From positions 106,826,001 to 106,890,000 of the forward strand of contig NC_043002.1 in the NCBI RefSeq assembly GCF_006345805.1: a stretch of 64,000 bases of DNA. The letters run 5' to 3'. The translations under genes and the position numbers were made by a program. Shown piece by piece: positions 1 through 10,289 of the stretch. Each line of letters opens with the position of its first letter. The first letter of the stretch is position 1. The notes under the pieces were generated by a model. The model was not told the origin of the DNA, searched no databases, and saw nothing but the letters and a program-made list of their open reading frames with translations. Origin of the DNA: Octopus sinensis. Its lineage: Eukaryota.

Positions 1-942
1 AAGAAATGAAGCTAGCATGATCCGCTGGATGTGTAATGTCAGTGTGCACGCACGACAGAGTGTAAGCACCCTGAGAAAAATGCTGGACATAAGAAGCATC
101 AGATGTGGTGTGCAAGAGCGACACTTGCGATGGTATGGTCATGTACTGCGGATGGATGAGGAGAGATGTGTGAAGAAGTGCCACTCCCAAACAGTTGAAG
201 GTATCAGGGGAAGAGATAGACCCAGGAAGACATGGGATGAGGTAGTCAAGCATGACCTCAGAGCGTTGGGCCTCACTGACGCAATGGCGAAGGACCAAGA
301 TCTCTGGAGATATGCTGTGACTGCAAATATCCGGGCTGCTACCTGCACCAGTTCCACATAGCCCCCTGCCCATTCAAAGTACCCTGGATCCCGGAACGTC
401 TCGCTGTGCTGAGGAGACCTGTTGAGTCAAGTACATGAACATGAACATCGAAATAAATATCAATGGAAATAGTAATTGTGATACCTGTGCAGGTGACACA
501 TAAAAAGCACCATCCGTACGTGGCCGTTGCCAGCGCCGCCTCAACTGGCTTCTGTGCCGGTGGCACATAAAAAGCACCATCCGAACGTGGCCGATGCCAG
601 CGCCGCCCCAACTGACTTCTGTGCCGGTGGCACATAAAGAGCACCATCCGAACGTTGCCGTTGCCAGTGCCGACTTGGCTGGCTTCCATGCCGGTGGCAC
701 GTTAAAAGCTCCAACCGATTGTGGCCGATGCTGGACCCCCCTGGCACCTGTGCAGGTGGCACGTAAAAAGCACCCACTACACTCGCGGAGTGGTTGGCGT
801 TAGGAAGGGCATCCAGCTGTAGAAACTCTGCCAGATCAGACTGGAGCCTGGTGCAGCCCCTGGCTTCCCAGACCCCAGTCGAACCGTCCAACCCGTGCTA
901 GCGCGGAAAACAGACATTAAACGATGATGATGATGATGATGA
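1..942 (+). mobile_element. RTE-clade LINE 3' fragment: ORF C-terminus, 3' UTR with tandem subrepeats and (GAT)n tail
   Basis: ORF 17-361 has RLRWYGHVLRM...GRDRPRKTWDEVVKHDL, typical of the RTE C-terminus. About 60-bp GTGCCGGTGGCAC subrepeats at 480-790; tail AAAC(GAT)n at about 919-942. Confidence 0.9.
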
Positions 943-2458
943 TATATATATATATACTAGCAGTATCGCCCGGCGTTGCTCGGGTTTGTAAGGGAAATAA
1001 CTATATAAGCATTTTTAGAGAGTTACTTCCATTATAGATGCCAATTCGGGCTTTCTTAGCCATTTCTGTTTTGGTGTCTTCAAGCCATGAAGTCGTTGTT
1101 CTAAAAGAACGCTGGTCTCCTTGACAACGCTTTACGACGTTGATTTCCTTACACTCCCTTCCCCACAGCTTCATGAGGGAGGGAAGAAGGGGGAGAAGCA
1201 AACAGGTGCAGGTGTGACCATGGACGCCAACTCCGCCGCCATCGACACACGAAACATTATGCATTAAAATTTTGTTCCTGAAAAATGGAGGATTTTGTTC
1301 CTGAAAAATGGAGGTCATGGAGCTCTAAAATGTGAGAGTTAAGGCCCTTGTTGGGGGTGGATGTCTTAATGTCAACCAGAGAAGTTGAATTGTTGAGAAT
1401 CTTTTTAAATTGGGTCTTATATCTATTGTTTGAATTTGTTTGAAATAGGAAATATATGTTCACTGGGTTTGTAAAAGAGAGCAAACCTACAGGAAACAAA
1501 AAGACGAATGATCACAATAAGCAGTCAGCTACCCTACTCTAGTCGTTACCACTCCCAATGTAGGATTCCTTACCATGCAGGTGATAGGCACAGCCGTAAG
1601 ATGCATTATGAATCTTTAACAATTGGAAGGGTGTGACCCAACTGAAATAAACATTAACAACTGTGTGACGTGAGGGCTAAGGAGAAATGAAAGTGTCACC
1701 TCTGGAGTTTGCAAATGACCACTATACTGATATGTAACTGGACAGAATAAATTTACAATCTATAAATGTCTTTGAATAACCAGTCACTCATCTGGGAAGG
1801 CCTTGAAATCAATGTTACCATCTGGGGACTATGTGTGACCCAGTGATAATAAAAAGACTGAAAGGAGGTCTGCAATCAAATATCTTTACTCAACTCTTTG
1901 CAACTGAATCAGTGGAGGCAAAGATGCCTCTCATTTACTTGACAATTTATGCACCACATTGCAGAAATCACAATCTAAGTGTATGTCAAAGCAACCTCTT
2001 ACACTGTTGTACCATTGAATTACAAATAATGCTCATCTTTTATTCGTCGTTGTTTAGATAAAATGAATAAATTGTGGGTAAGTCCCCATGAAGGGGTCTT
2101 TTTAACTTGTAAGAAGATGAAATTTTATAAATATTACTTCATTTGTGTCTAATATCTATGGTTAAAATTTTCATCAACAGCAAAAATATATGAATTGTCA
2201 TGGGGGTTATGTCAATTACCCAAGGTTGAAATTTATCAACATCGAAAATTTATGAATTTTCATAGGGGTTCTACCCACTTTAAACCATCTGAAATTCAAA
2301 CCAAATTTATTGCATTATACCTGCTCTTATGCATTGAATCTAAGTTTCAAATATCATAAGGATCCATTCAGTAATTTTGGTCCATGAAATTGTATGAATC
2401 ACACAGCATTACCCTTCTCCCTAGGATTGGATTTTGTGTTCCAAATTTCATATATACA

Positions 2459-2514
<56 letters not shown>

Positions 2515-2518
<4 letters not shown>

Positions 2519-2604
2519 CGTGACTGACCAGGCTATCAGATGTTGGTATACATCGCTGGTCACAATGCGCTTCACATTGTTTTAGCCTTCAAATGACGCC
2601 ACCC
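2515..2604 (-). mobile_element. 3' fragment of tRNA-SINE family D
   Basis: Reverse complement matches 38625-38710 (GGGTGGCGTCATTTGAAGGCTAAAACAATGTGAAGCGCATTGTGACCAG). Confidence 0.7.
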
Positions 2605-2613
2605 CTATATATA

Positions 2614-2670
<57 letters not shown>

Positions 2671-2806
2671 TATATATATATATACATCTATATATATATA
2701 TACATCTATATATATATATATATACATGTAAATTTGAATTTAAAATAAGGGTGAAAAATTGAATATTAGTTTGATTAATATCAATTTAAAACCAGTGGTG
2801 TAGCAG

Positions 2807-2938
2807 AGGGATGACCTGTAAGTGGACATACATTATGCTAGAAGAAGATCCGCTATGGTCTTACCATTCCTTTGTTATTGGTGAGATCATAGCGGATCTT
2901 CTTCTAGCGTAATGGATGTCTACTTACAGTTCATCCCT
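2807..2938 (+). repeat. 60-bp inverted repeat with 12-nt loop
   Basis: Arms 2807-2866 and 2879-2938 are reverse complements with 6 differences. Confidence 0.9.
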
Positions 2939-3518
2939 GTTATATAATAGTTTCACTTTAATAGTTTTAGTATTAAAGTGAAAGCATCTGACATTACAAT
3001 AGAGAGATGTTTTGGTTTCACTTTTGACATTTAATACTGAATTAGTAGAGAAGATATGATATTGCTGTGGGCTCTCACTAGGCAAGAAGTTAAAAATTTA
3101 TTTTGCCCATGACACTACATGGACCCTAAGTAAGGCATGTGTAAAATTTGAATGAAATTGGTTGCGTAGTTCTCAAGTTTTAGGGATTCACACAGACACA
3201 CAGACACACATTCTCAGTTTTATACATACATACATACACCTATGCAGACATAAAAATTTAAGTAAACTTACACACACGTGTAATACGCACATGCGCATAT
3301 ATCAACCCCATAATAGTAAGATATATACATAAAATCACATTATGAAGTTAGTATGGTAGCGATGATGAATATGATAAAACAAAAAAGAAAGTAACAATTA
3401 TAAAAATATTACGGGATAACTCTTATCGCTAACACCCAGTGATCTCCCTTACATCAGCCACAAAAAGCACTCTCCACAGTTTCACTTCGCCTAGAAAAGA
3501 GTTCTAGTTCCTGTTTCA

Positions 3519-3824
3519 CCGGAAATTGACCGATTTCTTTAGAATTTACCGATTTCTTTGATTTCTTCGATCATTTTTGCGTAACTTGTTTATTATTTAT
3601 TATTTTTGTTTCATGTTAGTTCGACGGATCCGTTTCATTTATCAGAATCTGTGATTCTCTTTGCTTATCTTTAAATCCATTGCATTTCGGCCGATGCACG
3701 ATGCGGTAGTCCTAGATATGTCAAGTGGATGGTTGTTATTGTTTTCTGTGGAAGCGCAGGAGGGGTCTTTGACATTAAAGCAGATTCTTGCAGAGCGAGA
3801 GAGAAATGGTTTGTGGAAGTAAGT
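3519..3824 (+). promoter_or_regulatory. Putative promoter and non-coding first exon of ZNF-A
   Basis: ETS-like CCGGAAAT at 3519-3526, a locally CpG-richer stretch, donor GAA|GTAAGT at 3819 and a matching acceptor TTGTATTTCAG| at 8520. Not transcript-verified. Confidence 0.4.
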
Positions 3825-4005
3825 TAGTTTTTATCATTGATAAATTGGTCTTTATTATTACGTTTAGCCATGTCTAATTATTTTATATCGTGTCGTTGGT
3901 TGCGGAGCATTTCCAGCAGGACAATCGTTGTTTCCCTTGATGACACAACAATTACAAACTATATAAACATTGTTTGATCTTTCGTGATTAGCAGAAACAC
4001 ATTTC

Positions 4006-4358
4006 GGTACTACTAGCGAACAGTGGTCCCGGTGCGTGCACTCGCACATCCGCGCTAGCTAGTCGTAAGTAGTCGATCCTACAACGACTTTTTAAACCTA
4101 ACCCTAACCCTAAAACCTAATTTTTTTACCCTAACCCTAAACCTAATTGTTTAACCCGAACCTTAGTTTGTTTATAAAAATAATTTATTTACTTAGTTTT
4201 AAAAAATTATTTACTTTGCTCGAAAAATATTATTTCATTTTCTTTGATATGTATTCAGCCTTGAAATACAAACATACGCGCAAGTCGTTGTAGGATCGAC
4301 TACTTACGACTAACTTCTGCGAGTGCGCGCACCGGGACCACTGTTCGTTAGTAGTACC
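4006..4358. mobile_element. MITE with ~80-bp TIRs, 8-bp TSD and internal (TAACCC)-like repeats; Merlin-like
   Basis: Termini GGTACTAC...GTAGTACC; CACATTTC duplicated at 3998-4005 and 4359-4366; CCTAACCCTAACCCTAA repeats at about 4095-4165. Confidence 0.85.
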
Positions 4359-4763
4359 CACATTTCTAGGGCTCACACATATAGACCCAACATGCTGGGG
4401 TCTGTATGTGTGTTGGTACTTGGTAAAGTTGTCGAACACGTACGTAAACAACGACCCCAGAACACAACAGAAGAGACCGCATAGAAACAACATGCTGAGC
4501 ACCCCGAATGCCTAGAAAAATTCTGAAGTAGGTATCATAGTACAACTGTATCAGGCACGAAATTTTATTCTGGACTACGAGACATATTTAATATACTCTG
4601 AGCCTATAGAATAGAGTCGGAAATTATCTAGTTCGCCGAAAACCGCATTTTTTCTTCGGATTTGTATGTTTTAAACACAGGAGATCACGATTCTGCAAAA
4701 AAAAAATATATATTTTTCTTTTGTTACCTGTTCACGCCTTTGTGTGTATATATATATATATAG

Positions 4764-4794
<31 letters not shown>

Positions 4795-4993
4795 TAGATT
4801 TGAAAGTGATACCAAATAAGTGAATTAGTGGAAATTATATTTATGCATAGTTGTGATTCTGTGATGTGTAAACCTGAAAAAATCTTGAATCCTAAGTCAG
4901 ACGAAAAACAGAGGAAGGGGAGAGCATTGGGAAAAAGTGGATTTTTTTAAATATCATAGTCTATCGCAATCTCAGATGTTTAAAAAAAAAAAA

Positions 4994-5372
4994 CGCGCAG
5001 GAGTGGCTGTGTGGTAAGTAGCCTGCTTACTAACCACACGGTTCTGGGTTCAGTCCCACTGCGTGGCACCTTGGGCAAGTGTCTTATACTATAGCCTCGG
5101 GCCGACCAAAGCCTTGTGAGTGGATTTGGTAGACGGAAACTGAAAGAAGCCTGTCGTATATATATATATGTGTGTGTTTGTCCCCCCAACATCGCTTGAC
5201 AACCGATGCTGGTATGTTTACGTCCCCATTACTTAGCGGTTCGGCAAAAGAGACCGATAGAATAAGTACTAGGCTTACAAAGAATAAGACCTGGGGCCGA
5301 TTTGCTCGACTAAAAGGCGGTGCTCCAGCATGGCCGCAGTCAAATGACTGAAACAAGTAAAAGAGAGAAAGA
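4994..5372 (+). mobile_element. tRNA-derived SINE family A
   Basis: A box TGGCTGTGTGG, B box GGTTCAGTCCC, CORE-like CCTTGGGCAAGT, internal (TA)n/(TG)n, AGTAAAAGAG-type tail. May equal a described Octopus OR/OK SINE (not verifiable here). Confidence 0.9.
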
Positions 5373-5829
5373 GAGAAAACTGAAAAATCTTGGGAAAGCA
5401 GAGAGGCAAAATTTTATTAAAACTCAGTTTTTGAAAGTAATTTTTTTTTTTTTCGCAGAATTGTAATCTCTGATCTTTAAAACATGTAAATCCAAAGAAT
5501 TAACGTTTTTGATAAACTATATAATTTTTGACTCTGTAGGCTCACTGGTATTCTTATTGTCATCAAATCTGCATTTGAGACCAAGCTAGTGATAAAGGCC
5601 CGTTTAAATGTTATATTCTGTGGTTTGTCTTTTTATATCATGTAATTTGCTATGATTTTGTGATAGAAATAAATTAACCATCATCATCATCATCACGCCC
5701 ACTTTTCATGCTTACATGACTTGGACAGAATTTATTGAGATGGATTTTCTACAGCCAGATGCCCTTCTTGTCACCAACACTTATGTTTCCAAGGTAACGT
5801 TTCCCCCAGAGTCGCGTAAAAACCACTCT

Positions 5830-7272
5830 TCAAATGCTGGGTGATATGCTGTGCTGGGAAGACCTGTCAAGCTAAGTGAAATCATAGCCAGTGCCATCTG
5901 ACTGGCACCCATACCAGTGGCATATAAAAAGCACCGTTCAGGTGTTGCACCTCACAGAGGCAGTGACAGGTGAGTGAAACCTTTGGCGATACGTCGTGCT
6001 TGTGTAGATCTGTCAAGCCAAGTTAGATCATAGTCATGGCCGATGCCATGTCAGTGGCACCCGTGCTGGTGGCACATACGCAGCACCCACTACACTCTTG
6101 TAGTGGTTGGTGTTAGGAAGGGCTTTCAAGTGTAGAAACCTTGCCGAACCAGACTGGAACCTGGTACAGCTCTTCAGCTTACCTTTTTCAGTCAGATCAT
6201 CCAACCCATGCCAGCATGGAAAGCAAACGTTAAACCACGATGATAAGGGTGATGATGATGAGACATGTTTTTCACAGAACACTGGGGATGAAAGACACTG
6301 CTTGCATGATGGTGACACTCATTTACAACTATCACACAATGTCGAGGCAAGGGAGCAATGTGATGCACACACACACACATCATCATCATCATTGTTTAAC
6401 GTCTGTTTTCCACGCTAGCACGGGTTGGATGGTTCGACCGGGGTCTGGGAAGCCAGGGACTGCACCAGGCTCCAATCTGATCTGGCAGTGTTTCTACAGC
6501 TGGATGCCTTTCCTAACGCCAACCACTCCGCAAGTGTAGTGGGTGCTTTTTACGTGCCACCGGCACAGGTGCCAGGGGAATCTGACATCGGCCACAATCG
6601 GTTGGTGCTTTTAACGTGCCACCGGCACGGAAGCCAGTCAAGGCGGCGCTGGCATCGGCCACATTCAGATGGTGTTTTTTATGTGCCACCGGCACAGAAG
6701 CCAGTCGAGGCGGTGCTGACATCATATATATATATATCATATTTTCCAGCATACACGTCAAATGGTTAACTTATATACGAAGATGACTTTGGAGGACCCC
6801 AAAATGACATGTGAAATGCAGCAGAATCTGGAGAGTGAGGATGCTGGGATGATTACACTATATACTATGCATACTTGAAAATGCAGTGTGTGAGTGTGTA
6901 TGTGTAGGCAAATCCGAGAACAAAAGCAAACAACAGGAAAAACCAACAAAAGTCAATTGGACGTACACAGTGAATATATTAGAATGGAAAGCACCATTCG
7001 AATGTGATCGTTGCCAGCATTGCCTTACCGGCATGTGAAAAACAATATTCGAGCATGGTCATTGTCAGTGCCACCAGACTGGCTCCTGTGCAAGTAGCAT
7101 GTAAAAACACTCACCACACTCATAGAGTGGTTGGCGTTAGGAAGGGCATCCAGCTGTAGAAGGTTTTCCAGATCAGATTGAACCTGGTGCAGCCTCTGGT
7201 TCACCAGTCCCAGTAAAACTGTCCAATCCATGCCAGCATTGAAAGCGGACATTAAACAATGATGATGATGAA
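5830..7272. mobile_element. Cluster of RTE 3'-UTR/(GAT)n-tail fragments in both orientations
   Basis: Copies at about 5830-6260 (+), 6380-6720 (-) and 6990-7272 (+) share GAGTGGTTGGCGTTAGGAAGGGCATCCAGCTGTAGAA with 770-942. Confidence 0.8.
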
Positions 7273-7635
7273 GCTCTGTGAAAGTTTTAGATAGTAAAAT
7301 AGGAGTAGAAATGACATTCTGAACATGGCTCTTTGTCGGATAGAGGAAAAAAGGTGGAAGGAGCAGAAAGCCCAAGAAAAGCACGTATGTTGTTATGTAT
7401 CAACATATACATGATGAGTTTCTTTCAGTTTTTATCTACCAAATCTACAAATCCATTCACAAGGCTTTGGTTGGTCAGCCTAAGGATGTAGTAGAAAACC
7501 CTTGCCCAAGGACCACTTAGGAAGCAAAAAATGAAAATTGTGGTTGGCGTTAGGAAGGGCATCCAGCTGTAGAAACATTGCCAGATTGGATTGGAGCCTG
7601 GTGCAGCCTCCTGGCTTCCCAGACCCCGGTCTTTA

Positions 7636-7790
7636 TGTTCTGAGTTCAAATTCCTCCGAGGTCAACTTTGCCTTTCATCCTTTCAGGGTCAGTAAATCAA
7701 GTACCAGTTGTTTACTGGGTCAATCTAATCGACTGGCCCCCTCCCCAAAACTTTCGGGCTTTGTGCCTAGAGTTGAAAAGAATATCCTTG
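7636..7790 (+). mobile_element. tRNA-SINE family B, 5'-truncated, tail type 1
   Basis: GAGTTCAAATTC B box, GAGGTCAACTTTGCCTTTCATCCTTTC central domain, tail GTGCCTAGAGTTGAAAAGAAT. Confidence 0.8.
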
Positions 7791-8249
7791 GGTCTATGGA
7801 AAAACTCATTTAAATAAAAGGGGTCTTTAGTAGTGAAAAGGTTAGGGACCTCTGGACTATACATCATTGTTTACATAACCAGTTTCCTGATAAGTGACAC
7901 AACTATATTCTGAAAGTTAAATTTATGGGTTTTATTGGAGCAGACTTGGATAGTCAAATGTTGTCTGTCCTTTGGCATTCAGCTTACTCTGTCAAATGTG
8001 ATGCGTTTTTATTCATATTGTTTTGAATTAATCATGCATTATCTTGTAGCTTTGAGGTTTCAATGGTATGATTGTTTATTTTTAGAATGACATTGTAGGT
8101 TAGGTGTGAAAGGCTGGATCTGGTCAGTTTGAACATAGAACAGGTAGGACAAGATGTGGCTAGTTTAATTGCTAAATGGCAAGATATTCAAATTGATGTC
8201 TTTAAATGAAGCTGACCAATCATAAATAATTGGCCTTATATTTTACATA

Positions 8250-8476
8250 TGGCGTAGTGGTTAAGAGCACGGGCTACTAACCCAAGATTCCAAGTTCGAT
8301 TCCGGGCAAGACCTGAATAATAATAATAATAATAACATTGAAAAATACCTTAGGAATGAGAACCCAGGTTTGAAATTTCTCCAAAATACCTGATGAAGGC
8401 TGGAGGGTATATCAGCCGAAATGTTGTGTTAACAACAAACAAGATGAGGACATATATCCGTCGAATGTAAATAATA
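8250..8476 (+). mobile_element. tRNA-headed SINE-like element ending in a minimal hammerhead ribozyme fold
   Basis: A box TGGCGTAGTGG 8250-8260, B box GTTCGATTCC 8294-8303, (AAT)n 8316-8335, CTGATGA 8390-8396, stem GGCTG/CAGCC, GAAA 8418-8421. Confidence 0.7.
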
Positions 8477-8737
8477 TTGTTAACTCTATTTTAATGGGTT
8501 TTTTTTAATTGTATTTCAGGAAATCTCATATCATGAAAATATATTCCTACATATTGAAATGAAGATGATCAGATTGAAACTATGAAGCTGTGTTCATTGG
8601 AATTTCAACACCAAAGATTTTGACAGATCTTGTGAAAAATATGAGGAGAATTTCACTGAGAATTTTGTAAATTTGGTAACTTCTGCCACAAGCTATCATA
8701 CTTTTATGAATATTTTAGTTGATTTGTAGAGAGAAGC

Positions 8738-9625
8738 ATGAGCGCAATGGAAGGCAAAAAGGTAAAAGTGAAAACACAATTCCGTTGTGAAATTTGTGAT
8801 AGAAAATTTTCCCGAAATTCACAACTCAGTATGCATAGAGTGGTTCATACTGGAGAAAAACCGTACAACTGTGACATTTGTGGTAAATTATTTTCAAGAC
8901 AAAGTAATGCAAATCGCCATAAGGTGGTGCACACTGGCAAGAGACCCTACATCTGTGATATCTGTGGTAAATCATTCCATTTAAATAGTATTTTAAAAAG
9001 ACATAGAATAGTTCATTCGGAAGAGAAACCACACCAATGTGATATTTGTGGTAAAACATTCTTAAGAAAAGAGAGCGTTACAGATCATAAAGTAATCCAC
9101 TCTGGAGAGAAACCATTTGAATGTGATATTTGTGGGAAAGCCTACTATGTGAAGAAGAGACTACAGCGCCATATTATAGTTCATACTGGAGAGAAATCTC
9201 ACCAATGTGACATCTGTGGTAAAATATTCTTGTACAATAGTGACTTAAAGATACATAAAATGCTCCATATTGTAGAAGAGCCATTCAAGTGTGAAACTTG
9301 TAATAAAACTTTCACAAATAATAGCGACTTGAAAAAACATAAAATGACACATAAAGGAGAGAAACCTTATAAATGTAAGATTTGTGGTAAAGCTTTCTCA
9401 AGAAAAGACCGATTAACGATGCATGATAATGCTCATGCAGAAGAGACGCACCAGTGTAATGTTTGCAGTAAGACATTCCTAAGTCATTCCCTTTTAAAAG
9501 ATCATAAAATTGTTCATGTTAGCGAGAAACCATACAAATGTAACCTCTGCATTAAATCATTTTCACACGACCGTAGCTTAAAGAGACATAAAATGCAACA
9601 CAGAAAAGAAGCGCTAGCACAGTAG
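8738..9625 (+). CDS. C2H2 zinc-finger protein ZNF-A (295 aa, 10 tandem fingers, no KRAB-like domain seen)
   Basis: Ten Cx2Cx12Hx3H units with HTGEKPY-type linkers; ATG start; intact ORF. Confidence 0.92.
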   Translation: MSAMEGKKVKVKTQFRCEICDRKFSRNSQLSMHRVVHTGEKPYNCDICGKLFSRQSNANRHKVVHTGKRPYICDICGKSFHLNSILKRHRIVHSEEKPHQCDICGKTFLRKESVTDHKVIHSGEKPFECDICGKAYYVKKRLQRHIIVHTGEKSHQCDICGKIFLYNSDLKIHKMLHIVEEPFKCETCNKTFTNNSDLKKHKMTHKGEKPYKCKICGKAFSRKDRLTMHDNAHAEETHQCNVCSKTFLSHSLLKDHKIVHVSEKPYKCNLCIKSFSHDRSLKRHKMQHRKEALAQ

Positions 9626-9714
9626 TGTGAAATCGGTGTTTCAGAATTCTTGTCTTGTGGCTACCTAAACATATTCCAGGTCATCGTTGCCATCGTTACC
9701 AATGTTGCCTTACT

Positions 9715-9977
9715 GGCACCTGTGCCGGTGGCGCGTGTAAAAAGATTCGAGCGAGGTCATTGCCAGTACCGCCTGACTGACCCTGTGCTGGTGGCACGTG
9801 AAAAGCACCCACTACACTCTCGGAGTGGTTGGCATTAGGAAGGGCATCCAGCTGTAGAAACTCTGCCAGATCAAGATTGGAGCCTGGTGCGGCCATCTGG
9901 TTTGCCAGCCCTCTCTCAAAATCGTCCAACCCATGCTAGCATGGAAGGCGGACGTTAAGCGATGATGATGATGATGA
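9715..9977 (+). mobile_element. RTE 3'-UTR/(GAT)n-tail fragment just downstream of the ZNF-A stop
   Basis: Same terminal sequence as 770-942; (GAT)n at 9961-9977. Confidence 0.85.
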
Positions 9978-10289
9978 TTAAAACTGTGGCCATCAAGGAT
10001 GACCATGGTAGCATGTATCAGGTTTTTGGTGATTGCTTTAAGTGTCCGTGTAGACGTGGACATTCTCTTGGATCTCCAACTCATGATCTAGTGGAACATC
10101 CAGTATGTAACATCTGGAGAGAGAAAGAGTTGGGCTTGCACTGAGCTGGTACTTTATTTATTGTCCATGAAAGAATGAAAGGTAAATTTTACCTAGTTTG
10201 GATTGGAAATCAGAGTGCAGAACCAGGACAGGTACCACAATGCATTCTACCTGATGTAACGATGATCAGTCAGCCTGTTGGCTGTTTTA

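Larger units (their letters stand above)
957..3230 (-). mobile_element. Non-autonomous Helitron, long copy with internal cargo
   Basis: On the minus strand it ends in hairpin CCCGAGCAACGCCGGG then CGATACTGCTAG|T. The first ~73 bp (+ strand) match the short copies at 13631, 25397 and 45327. The far end CAGACACACA..TCAGTTTTATA near 3200-3225 resembles theirs; that boundary is approximate. Confidence 0.7.

Noticed and set aside
4095-4165. True telomere or chromosome-fusion scar
   Set aside because: Short, degenerate and enclosed by TIRs with a TSD.
8250-8310. Functional tRNA gene
   Set aside because: No acceptor stem, weak anticodon stem, and it runs into a repeat body; better read as a SINE head.
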